Shown here one piece after another: positions 9,296-18,708 of a DNA stretch of 24,859 nucleotides. Position numbers and translations under genes: made by a program. Positions within the stretch are counted from its first letter, which is position 1, and each line of letters begins with the position of its first letter. The notes under the pieces were generated by a model. The model had not been told where the DNA came from. It searched no databases and worked only from the letters and a program-made list of their open reading frames with translations. The DNA comes from a virus (taxonomy: Duplodnaviria > Caudoviricetes), in the IMG/VR virus record IMGVR_UViG_3300044455_000006, positions 1-24,859 of that record; one strand, 5' to 3'.

Positions 9296-9898
9296 ATGTA
9301 TGAGGATGAAGAAGTCTGGAAAGAGATCCCTGAGTGGGAGGGATATGAAGTCAGCACGTGGGGAAGGGTTCGAAGTTATTGGTTGGTCGGTAAGAGATTC
9401 CGACCTCGCCAAAAGACCACCGATCCCCTTATATTAGATCCCAATCATAAGGGTCACTTTCTGCTGGGAGGCAAAGATAATCATAGGCGTAGAGCACCTG
9501 CTGGTCTCATAAGGGAATCATTTGGTCTCTTTCGATGCCCCTACTGCTATATTTTGCTGCCAATAGAACAAAGTGGCAAAAATAATAAAGGGCATCGAGA
9601 ATGGCAATGTCTAAAATGTAGAACTGCGCGTGGTACTCAATGGCGCTATGGCATGACCAATAAACAAAAACAAGAAATGCTTTGGGCACAAGGAGGCGAA
9701 TGTATTGGAGGATGCAACAGAAAACCAACCGTCGTCCACCATGACCATAACTGCTGTGATAATACACCTACGTGTGGTGGTTGCAATCTTGCAATAACTT
9801 GCCAACCATGTAATCTAGTCCTGAACAAAAATATAAATAGCGAAATCCTATTCAATCTAGCAGAAGCACAAGCCAGATTTGAGAAGAGTACCCTTTGA
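9296..9898 (+). CDS. Free-standing endonuclease: NUMOD4 plus recombination endonuclease VII-like domain
   Basis: EVWKEIP..EGYEVSTWGRVRS (NUMOD4); CxxC pairs; RYGMT..AQGGEC..HHDH.CC..C..C..C..CN (EndoVII-like); antisense and AT-rich. Confidence 0.88.
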   Translation: MYEDEEVWKEIPEWEGYEVSTWGRVRSYWLVGKRFRPRQKTTDPLILDPNHKGHFLLGGKDNHRRRAPAGLIRESFGLFRCPYCYILLPIEQSGKNNKGHREWQCLKCRTARGTQWRYGMTNKQKQEMLWAQGGECIGGCNRKPTVVHHDHNCCDNTPTCGGCNLAITCQPCNLVLNKNINSEILFNLAEAQARFEKSTL

Positions 9899-9915
9899 GT
9901 GGGCACTCTTCTCAA
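9879..9915 (-). terminator. Stem-loop terminator after the major capsid gene
   Basis: TTGAGAAGAGTGCCC-ACTCAAA-GGGTACTCTTCTCAA; 15-bp stem with a G-U pair on the minus strand (A-C mismatch on plus). Confidence 0.75.
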
Positions 9916-9921
9916 GATCAA

Positions 9922-10914
9922 CTAGCTAGCACCTACAGGTCGCAAAATGCCAAAGGGGAATGTTCCACCAAGAGCTTTCACAGGGGTAGGAACTGCGTAA
10001 CCGACACGCATCACGGCACGGAGAATCTTACCGTCTTGCTGCATCGCGTTGTAAACGACGACGCCTGAGTCATCACTGATAACACCAGAATCGAATACCT
10101 GGAAGCTCATGTCCTGACGGACACCAACAACTAGATTATCCCATTCGCCAGCGATAGCGAATGCTTCAGTGTCATCCCATGCGCCATTACCAACCTCGTA
10201 ATAAGGTTCGTTGTAGAGCGCACTAGTGGAGTTAGGACCATCAGGACCGTTGAGAGTGCTGTTGTATACAGGCTGACCCGTAGTGTCACGGACCTTGGTT
10301 AGACGCCAGCGGAAGCCCTTACGAGCCGCCCAGCCGGTTGTGTCATAACCATCTTTCGCTAGGTCTTCAGCGACAGCCGCTAGGTCCAAGCCGACATCGT
10401 TATAAGAACCTGAAAGAGTAGTACCGAGGGTAACGAAGTTACCAGCGGAAACTGCACCACCAACTAACCCACCAACGGGACCGGAGAAGCCCGCAGGGGG
10501 GGTACCGTCACCGAAAAATACAGCCTGGTCGATTTTCTTAGCGAAAGCTCGACTGACCTCTTTACGGATCTCGCCCCAACCAATAGTTGAGTCGTCTAGC
10601 CACGCATCCGGTACAACAACCAACACAGCAAGCTCGTCTGCGGTTAGGTAGACGTTATCCCACGTGAGGTTCGTGGTCTGCTTACGCTTGATGTCCTTAG
10701 CGGCCTGTGATACACCATCGATCCAGAATGCGTCCGCAAAGGTTTTAAGAACCGGGATACGGTGCTGACGGGCCGGCATCCGCTTGATCTGACCGAGGCG
10801 TAGAACCGCTGAACCTTCGTAGGTATCAGCTAGGATCTCATTAGCAACAGTCTCGGGAATTTCGCGAGCGACCTGCGACGTACCTGAACGTGTAACTACA
10901 TCATTATATGCCAT
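9922..10914 (-). CDS. Major capsid protein (HK97 fold)
   Basis: 330 aa; IPETVANEI..SAVLRL, AFAKKIDQAVFFG, GVRQDM, NAMQQD..LRAVMRVGYAV; follows scaffold; strong SD. Confidence 0.95.
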   Translation of the reverse strand: MAYNDVVTRSGTSQVAREIPETVANEILADTYEGSAVLRLGQIKRMPARQHRIPVLKTFADAFWIDGVSQAAKDIKRKQTTNLTWDNVYLTADELAVLVVVPDAWLDDSTIGWGEIRKEVSRAFAKKIDQAVFFGDGTPPAGFSGPVGGLVGGAVSAGNFVTLGTTLSGSYNDVGLDLAAVAEDLAKDGYDTTGWAARKGFRWRLTKVRDTTGQPVYNSTLNGPDGPNSTSALYNEPYYEVGNGAWDDTEAFAIAGEWDNLVVGVRQDMSFQVFDSGVISDDSGVVVYNAMQQDGKILRAVMRVGYAVPTPVKALGGTFPFGILRPVGAS

Positions 10915-10971
10915 TTCGTTTCACCACCTTTCATTTAAGAGTTGTAGAGTTAATCGTGGTAAATGGAGGGC

Positions 10972-11583
10972 CTACTTTCGACCACGGGGTGCTGGGCCTC
11001 TGCCCATCAGTTCTTCAAAGAAGTCTGTGCCAGCGGTCTTAGGCTGAGGTCCGACAGGGGTGCCGCGACTCTTGCCTCCGAAAAGGGTGGTATCGGTAGG
11101 TGTCTCGTAGGTTCGCTTTTCCTTCTTGGTATTCGCGAGGCGTGACGCCTTATCCCAAATTTCATCTACGGTTTTACCATCAATGAGATCGATGAGGTCA
11201 TCATCGACATCATATTCAAGTGCAGCAGCCTTGATGATGTGTTGTCTTGCAACTTCATCTGCATGTGCGGCCCGCGCATCAGCTTCGGATACTTTCTTGA
11301 GGTTATCCCGCTTCCAACTCTTGAGACCTTCAACTTCCTTCTCTAGTTCTTTCTTCGCACGGCGGTGGTTACCGTTCTCGTGACGGAGTCTCGTCACCAT
11401 GCCTTTGAGGATATCGGTGTCTTTGATAGCGTCTAGAGACGCATTGATAGAGTCGTTGGTGTTACCAGCGACCTCTTCGAGTTCGTCTTCTGTTTCAGTG
11501 GTTGCACTAGTATCAGTGTCAGTGGACGTATCGAGGACTTTTTCCTCTACAGTCTCCGTTGACTCCCGGTCTTCGTCAGACAT
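10972..11583 (-). CDS. Capsid scaffolding protein
   Basis: 203 aa; acidic N-terminus, LRHENGNHR coiled coil, G.T.DEI..A..L motif; between portal and capsid. Confidence 0.88.
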   Translation of the reverse strand: MSDEDRESTETVEEKVLDTSTDTDTSATTETEDELEEVAGNTNDSINASLDAIKDTDILKGMVTRLRHENGNHRRAKKELEKEVEGLKSWKRDNLKKVSEADARAAHADEVARQHIIKAAALEYDVDDDLIDLIDGKTVDEIWDKASRLANTKKEKRTYETPTDTTLFGGKSRGTPVGPQPKTAGTDFFEELMGRGPAPRGRK

Positions 11584-11614
11584 CTTGTACTTCCTTTCAT
11601 CCGCCAGGGATTAG

Positions 11615-13183
11615 TTATTTACTGCTAGTCTTTGAACTAGCAGGGGTCTTTGTTGAGGCACCAGAGCCGGCAGAAACTGCCTTCACTCTCTGTTGCTCTA
11701 CGGCTTGTTCGTGTGCTCTCTGAGCGAGTTCATCTTCACGAGCCTCTGTTTCGGCTTGCAACCTATCTCGTTCTTCGACAGCGAATGCAATCTGATCCGG
11801 TGAATAACCGCAGTCTTCCATTGCTATCTCTAGCGGAATACCAGCGGCGACTAATTTGTTAAGCGCATCGGCTTTCTCGGTTAGCTTTCTCTTTTCGGCA
11901 TCAGCCCAAAGAGTGAACGCATCAGCGTCTCTAGCACGATTGTCTTTCTTATATTTGAACGCCAACTTCAACACTCGTTCGTAGAACCAACCCATCGCCT
12001 CTTGACGGTTATTAACCTTCGACACCAGACCAGTTTGGTCTTGAGTCAGGGTGTCACCAGAGACATTAACCATCCTGTTCATCAAGTACGACGCAGGGGT
12101 TTGAGTCATTGCAGCGAGATCGCCTACGTCATCACGAATAGCTTTCAACAGCTTCTCGATATCGGCGGTGTCGAAGTCACCGAAGTGAGCATCAGGGTTA
12201 GCAGTAACCCACAGAACATCTGCACCAGGATCGAACGGTGGACGCTTCTTACCTTTAGCTCCCGGTGGAGTGATACCAGTCGCCCATCTCTGGCGGTACG
12301 CCTGACTCTTAGAAATGATTAGTCGATCGAGTACGGTATGGTTGATACGGTCCTGGACATCCAATACACCTTCATGCTCGGCTCTACCGAGATCACCGAA
12401 TGCTGGCTGCCAGTTGCCTTCAATAAGCGGAACTTCACCTAACGGATTTGGTGATACATCCACCAACTCGAAGTTGCTGGCCGCAGGCGTCATAGTAAAC
12501 TGCTTCGTCAACACAGCATCTTGTTCGAAGGAGTTCTCTAGATATTTACGACTAGTGAATGTATAGATCTCATCGGGCAAATAAAGGACAGCAATCACCG
12601 CTTCAATGGTGTCGTCTTGCCACATCTTCAATCCAGCCATCGACCTCGTAATCCGGTATGGGTCTCTCTCGACCGCACACATCCTCGGATCTTCGATACA
12701 GATAACAGGTTCGCCATCAGGATCTTTAGGGTCGGTGTCAGTGATGAGCGCGTAGCACAACCCGAATGTCGCAGCGGTGTTGATATTGATTTGACTCTGG
12801 TAGTCCATGTCGTTGTAGTCCCAGATTCGTTTAGCGTCTTTGTCCGCTTGACCAGCTTCACCAAATCGAAAACCTTTAACTCTCATGCGCTGAGTTGTAG
12901 CTTTGATAACTAGCTCGCAGTAGTTCGTTCTGGCTTTCGTTTGAAGGTCCTTTAACGCTTTGACGTAACGGTAGTCGGCGTTAGGTAATGGGTGATCCCC
13001 GAGCGCATATCGTTCGAGGATGTCGTAACGTTCATATCTATCTAGAAGTTTCTGAATTAATCTCTGTAGCCACCACCAAGGGTCTCCCGGCTCATAGTAA
13101 TTTCGAGTTCTCTTAGAATTCGGGGTGCCGAAAAACGGATTATCAGGAGATAGTCTTAGAGGTGCCGAATAAGGCTGAGTCAA
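11615..13183 (-). CDS. Portal protein (SPP1 gp6-like)
   Basis: 522 aa; RY..G.H, N.C.LV, QDRIN, QRWATG, NVSGD motifs; TTG start with SD AAGGAGGT. Confidence 0.95.
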   Translation of the reverse strand: MTQPYSAPLRLSPDNPFFGTPNSKRTRNYYEPGDPWWWLQRLIQKLLDRYERYDILERYALGDHPLPNADYRYVKALKDLQTKARTNYCELVIKATTQRMRVKGFRFGEAGQADKDAKRIWDYNDMDYQSQININTAATFGLCYALITDTDPKDPDGEPVICIEDPRMCAVERDPYRITRSMAGLKMWQDDTIEAVIAVLYLPDEIYTFTSRKYLENSFEQDAVLTKQFTMTPAASNFELVDVSPNPLGEVPLIEGNWQPAFGDLGRAEHEGVLDVQDRINHTVLDRLIISKSQAYRQRWATGITPPGAKGKKRPPFDPGADVLWVTANPDAHFGDFDTADIEKLLKAIRDDVGDLAAMTQTPASYLMNRMVNVSGDTLTQDQTGLVSKVNNRQEAMGWFYERVLKLAFKYKKDNRARDADAFTLWADAEKRKLTEKADALNKLVAAGIPLEIAMEDCGYSPDQIAFAVEERDRLQAETEAREDELAQRAHEQAVEQQRVKAVSAGSGASTKTPASSKTSSK

Positions 13184-13199
13184 TTCCTACCTCCTTTGC

Positions 13200-14738
13200 T
13201 TAAAATGTATACAGAGCATCGTCAACCTTCGGTTTCAGTGCGCCCTCTTCGATAGCTACAGTCGCGGCTTCGAAAGCAAGGACGGCGGCTTGAGCGCCAA
13301 AGATGTATCTAGTCGTATACTTAGTCTCTTGTCGAAGGACGTAGCCTTGCGGCACTTCTTCGGTATGACTTCCAAGGACATGTCTTGATATATCTTCATG
13401 TAGATAAAGGACTCGTCGACTGTCAACAGCAGATTCAAATTGCTCTACTGCTCTAGCCATCTTTGTTTTGTTAGCGATCCAAAACTCTTCAACAACGGTG
13501 TCGTGGTCGACGTACCACCTACCTATGATGTCTTGGTATTGTGCGGGGTCGGCAAACAACTTAGCGACGTTGTATTTGCTGAGAGTCTTTCGAACGGTGT
13601 CGTCGACTTCCTTAAACGGAACTTCCCAACCTTTCTTAGTACCGGGATTTTCCCACCAGCCCAACCTGAATAGAGCGCCATCTTCAAGACGGCAAGCAAC
13701 CAACGCAGCACCACGGATCGTGTTACCTTTGAACCCGAGGGCGATAACATCACTCTTACGAAGCTTCCGCTTCTCAGCTAGCTTCGCTTCCCTGCAATTC
13801 TTCCAAACCTCGGGAGTTAACCACGTCGTATGACCTTCGATGTGTTGATTGAAGTAGAAGCGTCGGGCGACGTGCTCTCTTGTCATCAATACCTTTTTGT
13901 AAATGTTTTCGAGATCGACCCAACTGGCGTCGCCGTATACATACCTCAACGCTTCCATCGACTTCTCTTGGTCTTTGACATCCTCGACAAAAACCCCTCG
14001 GGTGTCGAAGAGGTAGCCTGAATCGGGACCTTCGCCACTTAGACCTTTGTAGTAGTCGTTGAAGTGTTGTTCGGCTACAGATGCCTCACCAGGAGCGTGA
14101 GCGTTAGTTGTTGCAACCCAACGACGATTCATCTTGCCTAGGTTTCTGTCGAGAGCTTCGAACAACTCTGGACCCTTTTCAGCGGGTACCCATAGACCAG
14201 TCTCGTCCATCACGACAAACGTCGCACGGTTACCCTCACGACCCCTCGGAGACGCCGTAACCTTCTCAAGCTTCCTACCACCAGGATAAGTGATCTTAGA
14301 GAGGTTAATGTCCAACATCGGGTAGTGATACATCACTGGGCCGTTGGCTAGCATCTGGATAACGAGATCCATCGTGTTATTTGCTTGGCTATCTGAAATA
14401 GCTGCAATCTGAACCAGTGGCGAGTAGTCGGATCGACCAATCGGTCTACCGTCTTTACTCCAACAGTCAAAGATGGTTGGACCCATTAACTCCGTACAAC
14501 TGATAGCCGCCAGTAGAGGAGACTTACCCCAGCCCTTCGGCCTCTCAAGAATACCGTTTTGGTATATAAATCGTCCATACGCATCTACAGCGTAGAACCA
14601 CAAAATAAAGAGTGCTTGCTCATCTGTGTACTGCCAAAGTTGTCCCGCAGTTTTACCATCAGGTTGAGCAAGCATCTTACTGCCCCAGTCTAGAACTCCC
14701 CAACCAAGAGTTCTCTCAGGAATTCCTTCTGGAAGCAT
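13200..14738 (-). CDS. terL: Terminase large subunit (nuclease motifs degenerate)
   Basis: RTLGW N-terminus, Walker A PKGWGKS, Walker B VVMDE, TTNA coupling motif, RRFYFNQ; directly upstream of portal. Confidence 0.95.
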   Translation of the reverse strand: MLPEGIPERTLGWGVLDWGSKMLAQPDGKTAGQLWQYTDEQALFILWFYAVDAYGRFIYQNGILERPKGWGKSPLLAAISCTELMGPTIFDCWSKDGRPIGRSDYSPLVQIAAISDSQANNTMDLVIQMLANGPVMYHYPMLDINLSKITYPGGRKLEKVTASPRGREGNRATFVVMDETGLWVPAEKGPELFEALDRNLGKMNRRWVATTNAHAPGEASVAEQHFNDYYKGLSGEGPDSGYLFDTRGVFVEDVKDQEKSMEALRYVYGDASWVDLENIYKKVLMTREHVARRFYFNQHIEGHTTWLTPEVWKNCREAKLAEKRKLRKSDVIALGFKGNTIRGAALVACRLEDGALFRLGWWENPGTKKGWEVPFKEVDDTVRKTLSKYNVAKLFADPAQYQDIIGRWYVDHDTVVEEFWIANKTKMARAVEQFESAVDSRRVLYLHEDISRHVLGSHTEEVPQGYVLRQETKYTTRYIFGAQAAVLAFEAATVAIEEGALKPKVDDALYTF

Positions 14739-14759
14739 CTCACCCTCCCGGGGTTTGAA

Positions 14760-15893
14760 TTAGGGGCCATCACGGATGATAAAAGCATCAGAGCTATTCT
14801 GAATACTCAACCCCTCACGGTTTCTAATGATGAATGGAGGACTCTCAAGTGGTTCAGGGACGAAGTTAGAAGCGTCTCCTGCAACAACCCCAACAATCGC
14901 TAACCCACTACCAGTTTTGATAAAGGCGACCGGGCCGTTAGCGGTCAAAATCACCGCTGCGTTACCGGCGTTACCAACAACAGCTTTCGTAACTGTTGGA
15001 ATATTTGAGACAGCGGTAACTTGGGTGTTGGCGGCGTTAGCGCGTAGGCTGATACTAGGTTGATTAGCTATAGCCGCGAGCGCAGCGACACCTGAACCCG
15101 TAGCTACAGTCGCTTTAGCCGCGTTCGCAACGACAGTTACCGTAGCGAAGCCAGCATTAGCGTTGGTCATATTCGCGGTACTGATCGTTGGATCGAAAGC
15201 TACACCGTTTATAGGTGCGGTAGCGGGGGTTGTCGAAACTCTTCCGGTTACACCATTAGCGGTGGCGGTTACCGCTGCGTTACCGGCGGTAGCTGAGATT
15301 GCTTTAGCCGGTGGATTCGAAGTAGTTGTAACTGGGGCTGTTGTTGGTCCTGGACTAGATTTGCTAGTAGTACCATGAGCTGTCGCGGTGACGGCAGCAT
15401 TACCGCTATTCAACCGGACGCTTACACCGGGTTGGTTAGCGATGGCAGACAACGCAGCGTTGCCCGCAGGAGCAAACACCTGAGAAGCCGTAGATATAGT
15501 AGCGTCATTAGCGACAGCGCCTGCGGCGGCATTCGCCGCATTAACTAATACAGTCTTAGTGGGTTGATTAGAAGCAGTCGTAACCGCCGAGTTACCCGCA
15601 CCCAATTGGGTGGTAAGGGATGGGTTGTTAGCTGTGGCTGTTGTCGCAGCATTCCCCGCACCGGGTTTAACCGTTATCGTAGGATTATTAGCGGTAACGG
15701 TAACGACAGCGTTTCCTGTCCCTCTAACATCCGTCTTACCCGAAGTCTGATTCGAAACGACCGTTGCCTCGGCGACACCGGCGTTGGCGTTAGTGAATCC
15801 AGCGTCACCGCCACTAGGAGGCGTAATAATTCTCGCTCTTACCGGCGAAGCAGTAGGTTGACTAGAGGTGGGGTGACGAACGAGTTGGCTCAT
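14760..15893 (-). CDS. Ala/Thr/Asn-rich repeat protein, putative fibre or decoration protein
   Basis: 377 aa, about 15 repeats of ~20 aa (AGNAAVTATANxP). Confidence 0.75.
   Translation of the reverse strand: MSQLVRHPTSSQPTASPVRARIITPPSGGDAGFTNANAGVAEATVVSNQTSGKTDVRGTGNAVVTVTANNPTITVKPGAGNAATTATANNPSLTTQLGAGNSAVTTASNQPTKTVLVNAANAAAGAVANDATISTASQVFAPAGNAALSAIANQPGVSVRLNSGNAAVTATAHGTTSKSSPGPTTAPVTTTSNPPAKAISATAGNAAVTATANGVTGRVSTTPATAPINGVAFDPTISTANMTNANAGFATVTVVANAAKATVATGSGVAALAAIANQPSISLRANAANTQVTAVSNIPTVTKAVVGNAGNAAVILTANGPVAFIKTGSGLAIVGVVAGDASNFVPEPLESPPFIIRNREGLSIQNSSDAFIIRDGP
14860..15791 (-). repeat. Coding tandem repeat, ~60-nt unit, ~15 degenerate copies
   Basis: Protein-level alignment by eye; exact 18-mer ACCGCTGCGTTACCGGCG at 14953 and 15271. 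Confidence 0.8.
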
Positions 15894-15911
15894 ATCTTAC
15901 CCCCAATCAAT

Positions 15912-17090
15912 CTACCACCTTGACATCACAAGATAAGGTCTAGGATTCCCCTCTTTCACTGCAACTTCAGCATAAATCGTATGAATACCTATATCAGGAG
16001 TAGCGTCACCACTAAAACCTATTCGGAACTCTAGGGCATCTAATTCAGCTTGAGTATTGATATCCGCAACAGTAAGCATCTTACAAACCCAAGCGGGAAC
16101 CGTTGTGCTATTATCGAAATTAGCATCGGCCACCGCGAATAAAATCGTCTCCGTACTGCCATTCCAGCTTCTAAATCCTATGGTTGCGCCAGTTGTGGTT
16201 GTCGCCCATCCACAAGCTCGCATCTCTGCCGCAGTTACAACTTCCCCTTGAGCTAGAGCGTAGCTAGTCATAGGAACTTGAACGTAGTCAGAACCAGCGA
16301 GATTTATCTGTACGAAACCATCAGCGGAAGCACCAATAGTCGGCGGAATCTCATCGATATTATTTCGTGCTGTCGTAGCATTCCAAGCGGCGAGAGTACC
16401 GTTAGCGGTGAAGGTGTTGAAGTTTCCAGCAGTGCCACTTAGCGTCACCGTACCCGCAGGATCTGGTGATAGCATCACGACTTTATGTCGTCCTATCGGA
16501 CGGCTGATGGTGTCTGCCGAATCTGTTTCGATATAAAGGTCGTCCATTAACCACGCGGGGTTGTTTGTACTACCAGCAAATTCAATCTGACTGGTAATAG
16601 TCGTGGCACCCGAGCCAGTTGCTTGCCCAACAAATACGTCATCAACCCATAGGTCAACAGTCCTAGTGGCACCCGAGATGTCGAAATAAAGTTCGACCCA
16701 GTGCCACGCTCCCGTAGATATTGCACTACTAGATACTGCACTACCGCCGACGTTCGCCGAGAGAACTCCGGTCGAACTAATAAGTAGTTGAACGACGGTG
16801 GTGTCAACGCGGACTATATTCATAGTACCAGCAGGAAGAGAATCGTAACGTAACCCAAACGCTATTAACCCTCGATTCTGCGAAGCACCTAGGGTGTCAG
16901 GCGTCCATGCGGCCGAGCCACTAAGAGCAAGGGCTAAACAATAAGTACCATTACGAGGCGTAGTCGTTACGGGGACAACATTTGCTGCGCCCGTTCCGAA
17001 CCTCGCATCCATAATCTTATTTCCGATGTTACCGGTGACAATGCCGGCGCCTGTACCAAACTCAAACCCAGTAACAACACGAACCGGCAT
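15912..17090 (-). CDS. Putative structural protein with LamG/concanavalin-like domain
   Basis: 392 aa; TGFE N-terminus, TGAWHWVEL..LWVD..MDDLY pattern typical of LamG-like folds. Confidence 0.7.
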   Translation of the reverse strand: MPVRVVTGFEFGTGAGIVTGNIGNKIMDARFGTGAANVVPVTTTPRNGTYCLALALSGSAAWTPDTLGASQNRGLIAFGLRYDSLPAGTMNIVRVDTTVVQLLISSTGVLSANVGGSAVSSSAISTGAWHWVELYFDISGATRTVDLWVDDVFVGQATGSGATTITSQIEFAGSTNNPAWLMDDLYIETDSADTISRPIGRHKVVMLSPDPAGTVTLSGTAGNFNTFTANGTLAAWNATTARNNIDEIPPTIGASADGFVQINLAGSDYVQVPMTSYALAQGEVVTAAEMRACGWATTTTGATIGFRSWNGSTETILFAVADANFDNSTTVPAWVCKMLTVADINTQAELDALEFRIGFSGDATPDIGIHTIYAEVAVKEGNPRPYLVMSRW

Positions 17091-17125
17091 CGATCACACC
17101 CTCTTTCTCTCCTAGAGTTCTACGG

Positions 17126-17431
17126 TTATGCAATCTCCTCGTATTCTACGGTGATAGTAAGTGTAAATCCTTCATTACCCTGATCTTGGACATAATGCAC
17201 ATGATACCCAGGATCGCCATAGGCGGTCTCGGTAACCTTCAGGCCACTATCTCCCCTTATATCTACACCGACAGAATCACCCTGGAATGAGAAGAAACCC
17301 CCTACTGGTAGATTAGTGAGGTCGTCACCCCCATCGCCATATCGTGCTTCGACACCAATCCAGGTATTAACGCTCCCCGGACCTGGATTAGCAGGAACTA
17401 TCTCTTGAATAGTATATGTCTTGGTTGCCAT
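17126..17431 (-). CDS. Hypothetical protein, possibly structural
   Basis: 101 aa, fills the gap, SD AAGGTGG. Confidence 0.7.
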   Translation of the reverse strand: MATKTYTIQEIVPANPGPGSVNTWIGVEARYGDGGDDLTNLPVGGFFSFQGDSVGVDIRGDSGLKVTETAYGDPGYHVHYVQDQGNEGFTLTITVEYEEIA

Positions 17432-17446
17432 ATAAACCCCACCTTC

Positions 17447-17884
17447 TTATTCTTCCCACTCGATATAGTAATCAACAATCTGACCAGTACCAGTGGGACA
17501 AATAATCCCGACACCAGCCGAGGTCAGAGCGTCTATCTGAAAACCACGGCCGCCGAAGGTCCAAATGACACCTGAGCCGATGGCGGCACCGAGAGATGCC
17601 TGCCTCACCGAGGCTGCGACCGCACCATCAGCGGTATGACCAGCAAAACCCGTTGCAACAGCGGTTTGAACAACATCATCTAAGCAGACTTCCGTCAATC
17701 CAGCACCGACGCCAGTGGCGTTAGTGAACCTACAGAGCGCTATGGCTAATCCAGTTGTAGTTGTATTGAAGACGCCAATCTCTATGATCTTTGGGCGAAT
17801 TGCAGTGGTTGCAAAAACACTCGCAGCGGCGCGGACGGCAGTGGGTGCTACAGTAGAGCGCCCAGCGACAGCAAATCTAGCCAT
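17447..17884 (-). CDS. Putative virion structural protein (beta-rich)
   Basis: 145 aa Ala/Gly/Thr-rich, ends YIEWEE; SD AGGGGG. Confidence 0.72.
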   Translation of the reverse strand: MARFAVAGRSTVAPTAVRAAASVFATTAIRPKIIEIGVFNTTTTGLAIALCRFTNATGVGAGLTEVCLDDVVQTAVATGFAGHTADGAVAASVRQASLGAAIGSGVIWTFGGRGFQIDALTSAGVGIICPTGTGQIVDYYIEWEE

Positions 17885-17895
17885 CTATGCCCCCT

Positions 17896-18402
17896 TTACA
17901 GAGCGAATCGGATGACACCGTTAGTGTGCCAGACGATCGTGAACGTACCACCAGTAACGGAGTTTGCGCCGCCGAAGTAGTTGTAGCAGAAACCTTGGTC
18001 AGCAACTGGCGTAGCGATAGAATCTGCATACACCAAACAGCCGAAGGCATTAAGAATATCCGCAGTCGCACCAGAAGCGGTGTCGTTGGCATCAAGTTTG
18101 ACGAAATCAGCAACAGATCTATCGACAGTCCTGGATGCAAGGTTCACCCCACCAGCAGGCCAGTCAGCACCGCCACCAGAGGTGTCGATGACCTCGTTAC
18201 CCGTAAGAACCCATTGGCCTACGTTGTACGCAGAGTTAGCTGCGGTTACATCGTTATCTGGGGTGATATCGTTGTCATAGAGCGCAGCCTTGACGCTAGT
18301 CGCCTCAACCCAGTCCATACTCGTAGTGCCCTGGTTTTCAACGACACCTTCAACTAGGTCTGCAATGTAAGCCCTAAAGACTCTTGAATCGGTCCAAGCC
18401 AT
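17896..18402 (-). CDS. Putative virion structural protein (fibre/collar module)
   Basis: 168 aa; KAALY, NEV..W.AGG, DA.D, GTFTIVW..NG motifs seen in phage structural cassettes; SD GGGAGGT. Confidence 0.75.
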   Translation of the reverse strand: MAWTDSRVFRAYIADLVEGVVENQGTTSMDWVEATSVKAALYDNDITPDNDVTAANSAYNVGQWVLTGNEVIDTSGGGADWPAGGVNLASRTVDRSVADFVKLDANDTASGATADILNAFGCLVYADSIATPVADQGFCYNYFGGANSVTGGTFTIVWHTNGVIRFAL

Positions 18403-18405
18403 TTT

Positions 18406-18708
18406 CTACCTCCCTTTTATTTCAGCAGTAGGAGCGTAGACAACGCAGTCTTGGCCGTCTTCCCGCTCTATAATTACGTTCATAATCGGACGCCCTTCGG
18501 CATCCGTCTGGACATCTTCTTTACCGATGTAATCTTCTCGTTCGTTGGAAGTGATGTTTACTTTCTGGCCCTCTTCAACCATCGGAACGGTAAGCATCTT
18601 CATCCCCTTACAGAGATGATATTCCTGGTGATTAGGAACAAAAACCCTCAGAGCTGTCGTGGGGCACTTAGGACATACCCAACGAACCATTCGTCTATTA
18701 AGTATCAT
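18406..18708 (-). CDS. Small putative Zn-binding protein
   Basis: CPKC..HLC, REDYIG..GRP.M..DG.DC.VYAP. Confidence 0.72.
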   Translation of the reverse strand: MILNRRMVRWVCPKCPTTALRVFVPNHQEYHLCKGMKMLTVPMVEEGQKVNITSNEREDYIGKEDVQTDAEGRPIMNVIIEREDGQDCVVYAPTAEIKGR

